Positions 27,004 to 38,789 of a stretch of 64,000 bases of DNA are shown piece by piece. The notes below the pieces were generated by a model. That model was not told where the DNA came from and did not search any database. It saw nothing but the letters and a program-made list of their open reading frames with translations. Origin of the DNA: Podarcis pityusensis. Taxonomy: Eukaryota. The translations under genes were made by a program, and so were the position numbers. Positions within the stretch are counted from its first letter, which is position 1, and each line of letters opens with the position of its first letter. The stretch is taken from assembly GCA_964106645.2 (NCBI GenBank), contig OZ067041.1. One strand, given 5' to 3'.

Positions 27004-28335
27004 TGAGCGAAATAAGTATTTGATCCCTTTGCAAACAATGACTTAGTACTTGGTGGCAAAACCCTTGTTGGCAATTACAGAGGTCAGCCGTTTCTTGTAG
27101 GTGGCCACCAGGTTTGCACACATCTCAGGAGGTATTTTGTCCCACTCCTCTTTGCAGATCCTCTCCAAGTCAGTAAGATTCCGAGGCTGATGTGTAGCTA
27201 CTTGAACCTTCAGCTCCCTCCACAGATTTTCAATGGGATTAAGGTCTGGAGACTGGCTAGGCCACTCCAGGACCTTAATGTGCTTCTTCTTGAGCCACTC
27301 CTTTGTTGCCTTGGCCGTGTGTTTTGTGTCATTGCCATGCTGGAATACCCATCCTCGACCCATTTTCAATGCCCTGGCTGAGGGAAGGAGGTGCTCACCC
27401 AAGATTTGACGATACATGGTCCCGTCCATCGTCCCTTCAATGCGGTGAAGGTGTCCTGTCCCCTTAGGAGAAAAGCACCCCCAAAGCATAATATGTCCTT
27501 CTCCATGTTTGACGGTGGGGATGGTGTTCTTGGGGCCGTAGGCAGCATTCCTCCTCCTCCAAACATGGTGAGTTGAGTTGATGCCAAAGAGCTCGATTTT
27601 GGTCTCATCTGACCACAACTTTCACCCACTTTCACCCACTTTCTCCTCTGGGTCATTCAGATGTGCATTGGCAAACTGCAGACAGCTTGAGCAAGGGGAC
27701 CTTGCAGGCTCTGCAAGATCTCTGTCCTTCACGGCGTAGTGTGTTACCAACTGTTTTCATGGTGACTATGGTCCCAGCTGCCCTGACATCACTGACAAGT
27801 TCCCCCCATGTAGTTCTGGGCTTCTTCATCACAGTACTCCTGATCATTGCAACTCCACAAGATGAGATCTTGCATGGAGCTCCAGACCGAGGGAGGTTGG
27901 CAGTTATTTTGTGTTTCTTTCATTTGCGAATTATTGCACCAACTGTTGTCACCTTCTCACCAAGCTGCTTGGCAATAGTCTTGTAGCCCAGTCCAGCCTT
28001 GTGCAGGTCTACAATGTTGTCCCTGACATCCTTGGACAGCTGTTTGGTCTTGGTCATGGTGGCTACTTTGGAATCTGCTGGATTGATTGCTTCTGTCGAC
28101 AGGTGTCTTTTGTACAGGTACTGTAACAAGCTGGGATTATAGGTGAGACCTCTCCCTTACAGCAGGTGCTTCTAATCTCAGCTCCTTACATACAGTGAAG
28201 ATACCAGGTAGCCTGACATCTGGCTGGTTGATAGGGGATCAAATACTTATTTCACTCATTATAATGCACATCAATCTCTGGCTTTTGTCTTCTGGGTGTT
28301 TTCCTGTTGTTATTCTGTCTCTCACAGCTACAGTA
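27004..28335 (-). mobile_element. Tc1-family DNA transposon, decayed, outer ends truncated
   Basis: Inverted motif GGGATCAAATACTTATTTC(A/G)CTCA at 27004-27027 and 28235-28258 flanking a transposase. Confidence 0.92.
27043..28057 (-). pseudogene. Tc1-like DD34E transposase pseudogene
   Basis: MTKTKQLSKDVRDNIVDLHKAG (paired-like HTH); stop at 27920-27922; frameshifts near 27620-27690 including a 10-bp duplication TTTCACCCAC; WSDETK, FQHGND (catalytic D replaced by G), 34 aa, SPDLNPIE; ends GFATKY*. Confidence 0.93.
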
Positions 28336-28376
28336 GTTTACTGTAGCTGTGAGAGACAGGGTAACAACAGGAAAAC
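28298..28376. repeat. 38-bp inverted repeat with 3-nt loop
   Basis: Arms 28298-28335 and 28339-28376, 36/38 complementary. Confidence 0.95.
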
Positions 28377-29061
28377 CTGCTTAGATACATAAAGGAGGCC
28401 ACATCAGTGTACGGCAAGTCACATACTGGAACTCCGATTTCAAATTAATTGACCAGTCTTGAATCTGACTAAGAATTAGAAACAACCACCTTGCCATCGT
28501 TTTGTTAGTCTGTTATTCTTAACAGATCCTACTAAGTTCATTAATATAGGTACAACTCAGGTAATCATCTGCTTAAATCATTATCATTGAAATCATTGAA
28601 AGCACTTAACTTTAGCTCAGTTTCTAAATTATTAGTTATTAGTGAGCAAGCTAGAGGGTTATGCTGGAAGAGCTGTGCGTGCTTTGGGGGTCGTGGAGCA
28701 GGTTTTGTTTCCCCCTGAGAGGAAAACAACATGTCCCAAATGCTTCCTTGATCCATGTTCACAGCCCCTTTTCAAGGCAGTTCCTTCACCTCGTTTTTCA
28801 TTCCAGAACACTTAGAGTCTCTTACTTGAAATTCCTTCTAAAATTACTGTTGTGAAGATTCTGACTTGGCCCTTTATACCAAATGAAATCAAGATGAAAA
28901 AAAGAAAAAGATTGCATTTTCTTAAAATTGTCCTCCTCCTTCCTGTCACGCTTGTTCGTGTTCCTTGTTTCCTCCACAAAGTTTAGACTGTAAGCACCTT
29001 AAGGCATTGGACTTGCCTTTTGCTTCCATTCCTCTGTTAAACACAAGGCATGTTTATTGTA

Positions 29062-29092
29062 CAACAACAACAGCAGCAGCAGCAGCAGCAGC

Positions 29093-29135
<43 letters not shown>

Positions 29136-29136
29136 G
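29062..29136. repeat. (CAA)3(CAG)7(CAA)14 CAG microsatellite
   Basis: Read directly from the sequence. Confidence 0.95.
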
Positions 29137-30606
29137 TGTGTTGTTATTTTTTGCGTGAAGTAAGATAAATCTAATGTATAAATCTGAAATGTTGGTTGAA
29201 GGATCTCGCCCTGCCAAAGCATTCTTTTCCATTCTAAGTGAAGTGGTCCAGAATTTCACTTGCCTCCTGTTTCTAACATAGGGTGATATCCAGTATTGCA
29301 TGAACCATTCTCAGAGTAGAGCCATTGAAATAAATATCTGCATTGTATGTAGATGTCTATTAAATCCCAGGAGCTGTAATACAATATAAGTAGAATGGTG
29401 AATATTAAGAATTTTTTTTTATGTAAAAAAGTTATTGGCTTGATGTAAAAAGTGGGAATGTTGTTTTGTTTAAAAGAGCTATTTATGCACCTAAGTGATT
29501 GCTATCCTTGGGGGAGAACTATGAAGCAAGGGAGATTTATTTGTGGGGGGAGGATGTGTGTGCTGTTTCAAGTTGGTGCTAAGAGAGAGATAAAATCCTC
29601 TCTCTCGGTGTGTGTGCCCATGTTTGCATTTTGTATATAATTTGTGGGCATGTATATATGACTTGCATGCCACTCAGTTAATGGAAGCACCCATCCTTAT
29701 GCTAGTTGTATGTAGTGCTTTTCTCTTTATGCTTCTGAAAACGCCAGCAATTTCTTCAGTCACTCCTAAGCCCTCTTTATCTCTTTTTAATGTAAGTGCA
29801 CTGAAGTTTTCCCTTTTGTTTGCTGCCCTTCCATTATTTACTTTGATCCTCTGTGAGAAAATCTGAAAGTGTGTTGTCCTAAATGCTAGCTTTTCACCAA
29901 AAAGATTTGAGGCCTTGTCCCTCATGTGGAAGAAAAAAGCTCTTGTGTGAAGATGCGGGTTTTGTTTAGTTCTCTATCCCTGGTGGGAGCCTTAATTGCA
30001 TTTCTCTCTCACACACAGAGGCTGGCTGCTGAGTGCCTTCCCTCCCCGCTGATGCCGGAGTTTTCAAGCTCTATTACACTATGGCAGTGAAAATTCCTTG
30101 GTCTAAGTTAAAGAGTCTGTTTATTATTTTATTTTTAAGAGATTTTAAAGTATTGTCAATTCACCATTCACAGTAATTGCAACGAACAGTTGGCTAGCTT
30201 TATTCCCACCCTTCCCTTTTCTTCCTAGATGTTTCTACAAGTTTTATAACTTCCTATAAATTTACATCCTGTTCAATTTAGGATCCTAAATTTCATGGAT
30301 TACTTCCTGGGCTAATAAACATAATGTTAAGCAGGACGTATTACCTGTTAAACAGAAATATGTATTAACAATTTGGAATGGATTAATGTACAGCTGGCCT
30401 CGTGTTACTTTCTTTTGTTGGGTATATTTTGGTCTTCTAAAGCAAAACTTCCTTAGTTTTGACCCTAAATGGTCTCTCAGAATCTCTCAGTCATTACCAA
30501 AATATGGTAGATATTAGGAGATGGGCACTTTGAAGGCATATTTAAAAGATATCGCAGAAAATATTTCTAGATACATTGTGGAAAATTTCTGAATTTCTAT
30601 ACAGTA

Positions 30607-30924
30607 CAGTGGTACCTCAGGTTAAGTACTTAATTCGTTCTGGAGGTCCGTTCTTAACCTGAAACTGTTCTTAACCTGAAGCACCACTTTAGCTAATGGA
30701 GCCTCCTGCTGCCGGCGTGCCGCTGGGGCACGATTTCTGTTCTCATCCTGAAGCAAAGTTCTTAACCTGAAGCACTATTTCTGGGTTAGTGGAGTCTGTA
30801 ACCTGAAGCATATGTAACCTGAAGCGTATGTAACCTGAAGCGTATGTAACCTATTTCTGGGTTAGTGGAGTCTGTAACCTGAAGCATATGTAACCTGAAG
30901 CGTATGTAACCTGAGGTACCACTG
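30607..30924. mobile_element. Tc1/mariner (Tigger-like) MITE
   Basis: TA|CAGTGGTACCTCAGGTTA...TAACCTGAGGTACCACTG|TA; many TAACCTGAAG subterminal repeats and a tandem internal duplication. Confidence 0.9.
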
Positions 30925-31511
30925 TACTGTTAATGCTTGCTGTTGATCGAGCACCAATATGAATGATTCATAATGTTAAGATCTCAGTTCAAAATCGGAG
31001 TAGTCACTTACTTTTCTAAAGTTCTGAGTTATCTGTCCAAGAAATGCTAGTTTCAATAAGATTAATTAATTTCCCTTGCAAATTCCTACTTTCCAGTCAA
31101 AGCCTGATGGTAATTTTTGAACATAATGTTCACTGTAGTTTCTTCCAGAGATAACAAGGCCAGGTGAACAAGGGTGGAAGGATTAGCAAGTGCCCTTCAA
31201 ATGGAACGGGCACCTGTACCAATACTGAAACTTTCACATCATGGCACCTATGTGCCATAGTACTTAGTAGTGGGTGGGGATAAAAGCTGGGGTCAGTGAG
31301 TAGCCAGATGAACACCAGCCTTTGTATGCTGGATCTTAAACCCATTTAGGCATTTTGAGTCTTTGTCAGTTGCCAGTAGTTCCCACTGAGCTCTATGGAA
31401 CAAAGTATACTAGCTGTTGAGGTACAGTTGGGTGTGGGGGGGAAACCTGAAATCCTGCCTCCCTCACAATGCTAGGGTTACCTGTGCATTGCTCTACCTT
31501 CTTTGTAATCA

Positions 31512-31647
31512 CATAATTGTAGGGTTTGAAGGGGCCACAAGGGTCATCTAGTCTAACTGCCTGCAATTCAGGAATCTTCTGCCCAGTGTGGGTCTAGAAC
31601 CCTCAACCCTGATATTAAGAATCTCATGCTGCACTGACTGAGCCATC
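31512..31647 (-). mobile_element. tRNA-Lys-derived SINE with CR1-like tail
   Basis: Reverse-complement homologue of 50821-50951. Confidence 0.75.
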
Positions 31648-33619
31648 TGATTCATCTTCACTCATGGGTGGTGGCAGGAGCACTGCGTATGAGGTAATGT
31701 TGCAGTGGAAACTGAACCTCTTACATCACTCCTAACAGTGGTCCGGCGTCAGCCAGCAGGGACTTCGTGAAGGATGCTAAATTTCTCTTGAGTCCTATTC
31801 CTCCACCCAGCCTTAATGAGAGGCATATTGTTAGTTCTATGATAAAAAGAAGCATGACATTTTATGTAGGACAGTGCTGGTCCTAGAATGCAGCTTTTTA
31901 GAATGCAGCGGACTACAGTCAAGCCAGTGTATGCTGTAGCTAAAATGAATCCATGAAATTGATCATTTCATTCTGTTCATTTGTTGCTTTCGTATGATGC
32001 ATGTGTGGTATATTTTTAGAATACCTTAAAAATTGGAGGGGCTTTTTGCTGAGGCTATTGAAAGGGAATGCATTTAGTTAGTACAACCTCTGCGGTGTAG
32101 AGTTGTCATTCTGCCTAGGTGCTAAAAAAGTTCCAAGACATTGGGACATGATTGTGACCGCATAGGGAAACCAGGGAGCAAGGCACAAAGATTGGGTGAA
32201 ACTGGGTCACATTTTATTTCTTTAGCATACCAGATCTGTAGAAGGGAACCAAGATTCAGGATGCTAATTATGCATAGCAAACTGGATGAGCCAGTGCTTC
32301 CAAGAGTAAGTAGCTTTTCATATACTCTTTTCCTGAAGTCCCACCATTTCAAGGGAGTAGGAAGGCCTTGCTGTTCCATTCCCTCCTGGCGTTCCACAAC
32401 TCGGTGCAGATGTTATGGGTTGGCCTCAGAGATGGTCCTTGCTCTGCTAGCGGGTTCCTGAAGGCAGTTCTCAGAACTGTACCCTTCACCCTTAAAAGTC
32501 CCTAAGGGTGCTCACCAACACTATCCAGCCAGGCTTGTCAACTGGCATGAGGAAAAATAAAACCTACTTGGCCCCCAAAATATGACTAACCAATGCCTGT
32601 ACTGAATAAAGGGTGAGAGGATGGATGCCACAATGAACACATAACATGGTTCAGGCTTAAATAGTCCAACATCAAACCCTGTATCCCGTGATGCCAGCAC
32701 AGCATGCATATGTACACATGAAGCCAGATGTCAGGCTTCCCTTTCCTAAGTGGCAAAGGCCTCTGTAGTTGTCTTTGGTGTGGTGGCAGCAGGATTCCTT
32801 CCTCCTTCTATCTGTAGTTGGTGGTGAGAATAAAGATAATTGTTTATTTGATCTGTGCATGTTGCACTGTATATGCCTGGCCATCGGTCGTCAGTTGATA
32901 CCCACTGAAGCTGATGGGAACAGGGCAGAGGGCAACTAACAACAGATGGAGCTAGGGGCAGTCCCAGCCAGGGAGCACAATTGATACAGATACACACTGT
33001 CTATTGGGATTTTTTTTTTTGTCATCCAGACTCCAGCCCTCTAGAACATATACATTTTACTATTGTTTCTGTTCAGAATGGCCTTCAAATTCCATTCTTT
33101 ATGCTGCTAGATAAAAATACAGAAATGGCAAGTGTCATATTTATATGTAGTTTCATGGTTTAGAGCTATAACATTGCTCACTTAATACTGGGGAAATTAA
33201 GAGAAAAGTGGAGTAAGAAATATTTTGGATTCATCATTATGACTTATGTTGGCATTCACCTGACTTCAGACAGAATAAATTAGGAGTCTATTCAAAGTTA
33301 TTAATTGGAAGGGGGCCCAACTGCATGGTTACATTTTTTTTTTAATCCTCAGAGGTAACACTAAACAAATTCATGAAACCTGGTAAAGACCAGGACATCC
33401 TTATTCTTGGAAGATCCATATAGTGATTCTGCATTACAGAAGAGGAAAGAATTTGGATTGATTCCATTACTGTGGTTGTGCTTGGGCATCCACAGATAAT
33501 TGAAAAATCCATGAATGTTTAATAAAACATTCTGCTAAATTCTTGTCTGGAAATGTTAATCTCTCATATACAGGAAAGACAGTGCTATATCATCCAATAT
33601 GCCCGAATCCATATATGTG

Positions 33620-33890
33620 TGTTCAAATCCCATACTCAACCATAAAGCTCACTGGGTGACCTTAAGTTCAGTTATCATTTATTTATTTACTTATTAAATT
33701 CACTTGCCTGGTTTGGAAGTAATGTGAAACCATAGTTTAGTGTTACAAGAACGAGTCTAGCGTCATCTAGGCTCACTAGCTCACATTCCCTTTTCCCTCA
33801 GACTCGTCTACCTCAAAGGGTTGTTAGAATAAAAGTGGGGGAGGAGAATGCCTTGAACTCTTTGGAGGAAATATATAGGATATACCTGAA
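33620..33890 (+). mobile_element. MIR/CORE-like SINE remnant interrupted by a palindromic repeat
   Basis: GTTCAAATCCC B-box, GGGTGACCTT core, CTACCTCAAAGGGTTGTT. Confidence 0.5.
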
Positions 33891-35043
33891 ATAGCAAAAT
33901 TACAAATATTACTTTTTTCCTGTGTTTAAGCATCATTCATATCCATCATGGTTTTTTGTTCTCCTGGTTTCTTGCTTTGATATATTCAAAACTCACTTCC
34001 TCTTCTCTCAGACTTAAAATAGCTGAACTTTATTGTAATTTACACTCATATATAAACACAAATTTTAAAAGCTAAAGTTACTGAGTACAATGCAGCTGGA
34101 GTTAAGCACTTTTTCATGGCCGTGCTTAAAACGCTTAAGTGCTAAGCACTTTGGTTAAGTCTTGTAATAATGATAGGAGCTGTGATCTGAAGTCATACAT
34201 ATACGGTTTTCTTCTGAAAATCGAGTTTATTATTCTGGGATAGTTCCCCTCTCCCTTTTCTTGATACTACAGGAATGTGTAAAATTGGGGAGTCAGAAGA
34301 GACTGGATATTAAATCTAAGATCATAGGGCTGCATATATCCTTAGGCTAGAAAAGTTTTTTCCCCTCCTCTTTGTTGTTGTTTCCTTCCTCGTTGTAAGC
34401 ATTAGCATTTGAAAATCTTTGCTGATTGCATTGAAGTTGCTTCTGCTGAGTCAGGTCATCCAGCCTTTTTGAAACTCTGGACACCCATGTTACTAAAACA
34501 AGTGCTTATTAGAATTTTAATTTAACGCCAAATTCTCACACTACAAAGGGAGTTGGGTAGAAACTACTTGGTAGGTATATAATAAAGTGCTCTTGTATTT
34601 TTAATTTTTTAATCCCAACATAGGTACACCCTAAGTAGATAGAAAAATGCAGTAATGACCTGTCTGTTTCTGCACTCAATTCAAAATTATGGTCATGAGT
34701 TTTAAGCTTTCCTTCCAGCACTGTGCAGTGAAGGGCAAGAGACCGCCCCCCCCCCACCTGCAGAGGAGTATGGCGTATATTTCTGCTTGGCCACTGTGAG
34801 AACAGAATGATAGATTAGATGGGTCATTTGCCTGATCCAACATGCTCTTCTGTTCTCTCTGTTGCTGTATATACATGTCTTCCTGTTTGTATGCCTACCA
34901 GTGTGGATGCAAGAGACAGCGGATGCATGCCAACCGTTCCAGCCTTGGTGATGCCCACTTTTGCTTGTTCATGCCCTTCACTGGCATGTGGCCCTAGCAG
35001 GGTAGGCCAACACAAAATGAAGCCTTCAGGACAAAAAGAGATA

Positions 35044-35348
35044 CAGTGGTGCCTCGCAAGACGAAATTAATCCGTTCCGCGAGTCTCTTCGTCTTGCGGT
35101 TTTTCTGTCTTGAGAAGCACGGCTATTAGCAGCTTAGCGGCTATTAACGGCTTAGCGGCTTAGCGGCTATTAACGGCTTAGCGGCTTTAAGAAAAAGGAA
35201 ACAAACTCACAAGAACTCACAAGACGTTTCGTCTTGCGAAGCAAGCCCATAGGGAAATTCGTCTTGTGGAACGACTCAAAAAACGGAAAACTCTTTCGTC
35301 TAGCGAGTTTTTCGTCTTGCGAGGCATTCGTCTTGCGGGGCACCACTG
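35044..35348. mobile_element. Tc1/mariner (Tigger-like) MITE
   Basis: TA|CAGTGGTGCCTCGCAAGACG...CGTCTTGCGGGGCACCACTG|TA; internal CGTCTTGCG and GCTTAGCGGCTATTAAC repeats. Confidence 0.9.
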
Positions 35349-35836
35349 TAGTTCTAGAGAGCTTCCTATCAGCATTCTACTAACAACTGAGAGTTTGATA
35401 GTTAGGGGCCTTATCATGTTCCTAAATCCTGATTGATTTTCTGCCCCGTGGGGCCAGACTTGCCCGTTTTCTAATGGTCTTGTTCTGCTACCCAAAGACT
35501 TTCCCTTTTGGCAAGCCTTTGGCTTACCAAATATTTTAATCTTCAGGGTTTTCTTCTCTGTGTATCTTGTATAGCTTTCTTTTTGGTTGTGATTATTTTG
35601 TATTGTCCTATAAATATTGTTTCAGTTGGTTCTTGAACTTGTAAATTACATTGAAAACTTTTTAGTGGAAAGACACATCAGAAATATTTAAGATAAACAA
35701 ATAAAAGGATACTTATGAAGGGAAGTTCATTAGTTTCCCAGAAGACTTTGTGTTAAACACCCTTCGCCTGTAACTTATTTCAAAAGTGGCTTTTCAAGTT
35801 GTGTGTAAGGCTGCAGATTTGTACTGCACACACTTG

Positions 35837-36123
35837 GGCCTGGTTCACATGTTACATAGAACCATAGTTAAAATAAACTACGACTTGATATAAAAGAACT
35901 AGTGTGTGCTGTTCAGAAGTCCATGATTCACTAAGAAGAAAACCAGAATCTGGCTTAATATTTTCTGAAAACCTAGGCCCATGGTTTGTTCTCATCAAAC
36001 AAACCACAAGCAGAAACAAAAGGGGAAGAACAAAATGTGGATATTTGAGTCGTGTGCATGAACAGACTGCTCATGCATATAGTTAATTTTAACTATGGTT
36101 TAATGTAATGTGTTAGCTAAGCC
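35837..36123. mobile_element. Palindromic non-autonomous DNA element (Harbinger-like, tentative)
   Basis: Arms GGCCTGGTTCACATGTTACATAGAACCATAGTTAAAA / TTTTAACTATGGTTTAATGTAATGTGTTAGCTAAGCC; relatives near 37930-38155, 43061-43483 and 18440-18580. Confidence 0.55.
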
Positions 36124-36347
36124 ACTGTGTAACTATCTAAAACATAGGTACAAGTTATAAAACTAGAGGATAATTCTCACACCGTGAAAAAAAATCCTAA
36201 GACCTCACCGAGCTGCAAGTATGTCCATTGCTCCAAAGAACCACACCACTAGTTCTGTGCATCCAAAAGACTTTTGTTCTCTGTCCAAAATGGCTTCACA
36301 CCAGCTGAACCTTTAGAAAGCAGTTTTTGATACCTGGCAGGATTGTA

Positions 36348-36862
36348 CGTCATGGACTGGCTGGATGCAGAGGATTGGTAGGAGGCACAATCTGGGGAAC
36401 CCTCAAGGGAACCCCCAGGAGAAGCTAGGGGACTGGTGGTGGAATGATGATAAGTGGTCAGAGAGAGAAGAGAGAGCAGACTGGGAGGAGGATTTCTCAG
36501 AAGCTGAAGAAGCATCAGGGTTTAGTGAGAAGCAACAGCTGGGGCAGAGAGGTCCTGATTCAGATGCTGGAGAAGAGGAGGACCAGGAGACAGAGATGAG
36601 GTCAGCTGCTGAAGAGTCCAGGGAGTCTCCCTCTTCTGCTGTGGCCAATTCCCCTCCCCCTGGTCTCCCAGAACATGAAGAGAAAAGAGCAGTGGAGAGA
36701 TTGGTAGTGCACAGACACAGTCTGATCGCTTGGAAGAAACCTTGGAGAGGAGGGAACTTAGGCAGTGTGGGAGGGTAGGGAGCTTCTTTCCTTGCAACTC
36801 CCTCAGTGGACGAAGACGTACTGGGAAGAATTGTTGAGATCGCTAGGCCTGTGCTGTTTTTT
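36348..36862 (+). mobile_element. Probable LTR-type repeat fragment (GA-rich)
   Basis: Abrupt purine-rich, higher-GC block beginning (C)GTCATGGACTGG; low-complexity acidic ORF; classification is inferred. Confidence 0.3.
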
Positions 36863-38433
36863 TTCTTTCTTATTGGGTACACTTAAAAGTAGGTCTTTGC
36901 ATACCAGTCATGAAATACATTCTATTGTCATATTGAAGTTGTAAAGGTTTGAAGTCAAATCTAACTTTAGAAAGGGTTATAGCTTTTGATCCACGTGTCA
37001 TTGATGAAAATTGCTAGTTATCACATCTGCTGCCTGAGAATACAACAATGGGTCCAGGGCCACTCCTAGTCTATAAACTTATATTACCAGGAACAGCAAA
37101 ACATCAATTATTTAAGATTATATCTTCTTTTCCGTTTACAAGATTGCCGTTCTCAAACATGATCATCTGCTGGATAAGCATAAGACACAGCAGCAGGCAG
37201 GCTCCAGATCTGGATGAACACGAGAGATCTGGGTTCTATCAGCAATGAACGCTAGGGCCATTGTTTCCCAGCATCTTCATATACACACACAAAGTTTGGT
37301 GGGTGAATGAATGGGCAAGATAAGACCACAGAAAAAAACGCCATGTTTACCCTTGGGCAACAATCCTATAAAACCTGCTTGGTCTCCCAGCTAGACCTTT
37401 TCGTCTTAACGATGAAATGTATTGGAGAGCCCACAAAAATATCTGTTACAGCCAAGGTACTTACGGCTATCAGTCTCTCAGTAAAGACTGTCAGCAAGAG
37501 TCACAAATACATTATTGGTGCACTGTCCATATTGAAAACCAGGCACACATGGCTTGAGAAAGCCAGTAACACTCAAGTGGGTCTGACTTTCACAGCAGCC
37601 AGGTTCTTCACAAATGAAAGGCAGGAAATGATGTGATTAGTGAAAGTCATCTCAGGTTTTGATTTATTTTTGACAGCAGATTTGAGCTGTCACCTGAGAA
37701 GATGTTCCCATTTCAGCCAGATAAGGATACAAATTTTCCCAGATGACTTTCACCAGGTAAGATGGATAGGACTCCAACTTAGTGGAATACACCATTGAAA
37801 GTGATTTGGATAAAATAAGAGTCTAAGTCTCTGATCCCTTGAACTGTGATGCTGCCTCTAAGTTCGTCTGAGAACAGTTATTTTTGACTGCCAAGTAGGT
37901 AGCATTCACATCACAGCAGATGGTTCTGTGACCTGTTTTACATGTAATGTGAAACTATGGTTTAGTATGAACAAGCAGGGGTGTTGGTGCCATGAGAAAA
38001 TTGTGGCCACTTAGCTCGTTCCCCACTGCTCCCAGGAACCAAGTTATGCTTTGGTCTAGTGTTACATCTGAACCCAAGCTTGTCCTTTGTCTCGCTCCAA
38101 GCAAACCAGGAGCAGTAACCAAGGCCTCTGTTAAAGCTAGTGGCTAGGTTCATGTGGGAGGAGGCTGTCCTCCTTATCTAGTCTCAACCCAGCACCTTGA
38201 ATTGGGACCAAAAGCAAATCCCAAGCAATTTAACAAGATAGTGTGATAAGGTCAGAAAAGCAGATGTCAGAATTCATTTAGCCATAGCTGTGGTTTCCAA
38301 ACTCCTTTCAAGCCCAATGTAGAATATGTTGCAGGAATCTAATCTGTAAGTGACTAAGGCTCATGTAACTGGTCAGACCTGCTTACTCCAGGAATAGGTC
38401 TTTCTTTTTGCACCCATGTTTACTGTATGTTGT

Positions 38434-38789
38434 GGACGTGGGTGGCACTGTGGGTTAAACCACAGAGCCTAGGACTTGCCGATCAGAAGGTTGGTGGTTC
38501 GAATCCCCGCGATGGGGTGAGCTCCCATTGCTCGGTCCCTGCTCCTGCCAACCTAGCAGTTCGAAAGCACGTCAAAGTGCAAGTAGATAAATAGGTACCG
38601 CTCCGGCAGGAAGGTAAACGGCGTTTCCGTGCGCTGCTCTGGTTCGCCAGAAGCGGCTTAGTCATGCTGGCCACATGACCCGGAAGCTGTACGCCGGCTC
38701 CCTCAGCCAATAAAGCGAGATGAGCGCCACAACCCCAGAGTCAGTCACGACTGGACCTAATGGTTAGGGGTCCCTTTACCTTTTTACCT
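38434..38789 (+). mobile_element. Full-length Sauria SINE
   Basis: tRNA-like head (TGGCACTGTGG A-box, GGTTCGAATCC B-box), body, CCCTTTACCTTTTTACC tail; TSD TACTGTATGTTGT / TACTGTATTGTTGT. Confidence 0.95.

Noticed and set aside
28965-29301. Poly-T/A, poly-L and poly-C ORFs or a polyQ exon
   Set aside because: These are translations of the CAA/CAG microsatellite with no coding context.
30650-30915. CRISPR-like repeat array
   Set aside because: The repeats are tandem without unique spacers, lie inside a TA-flanked MITE, and the DNA is eukaryotic.
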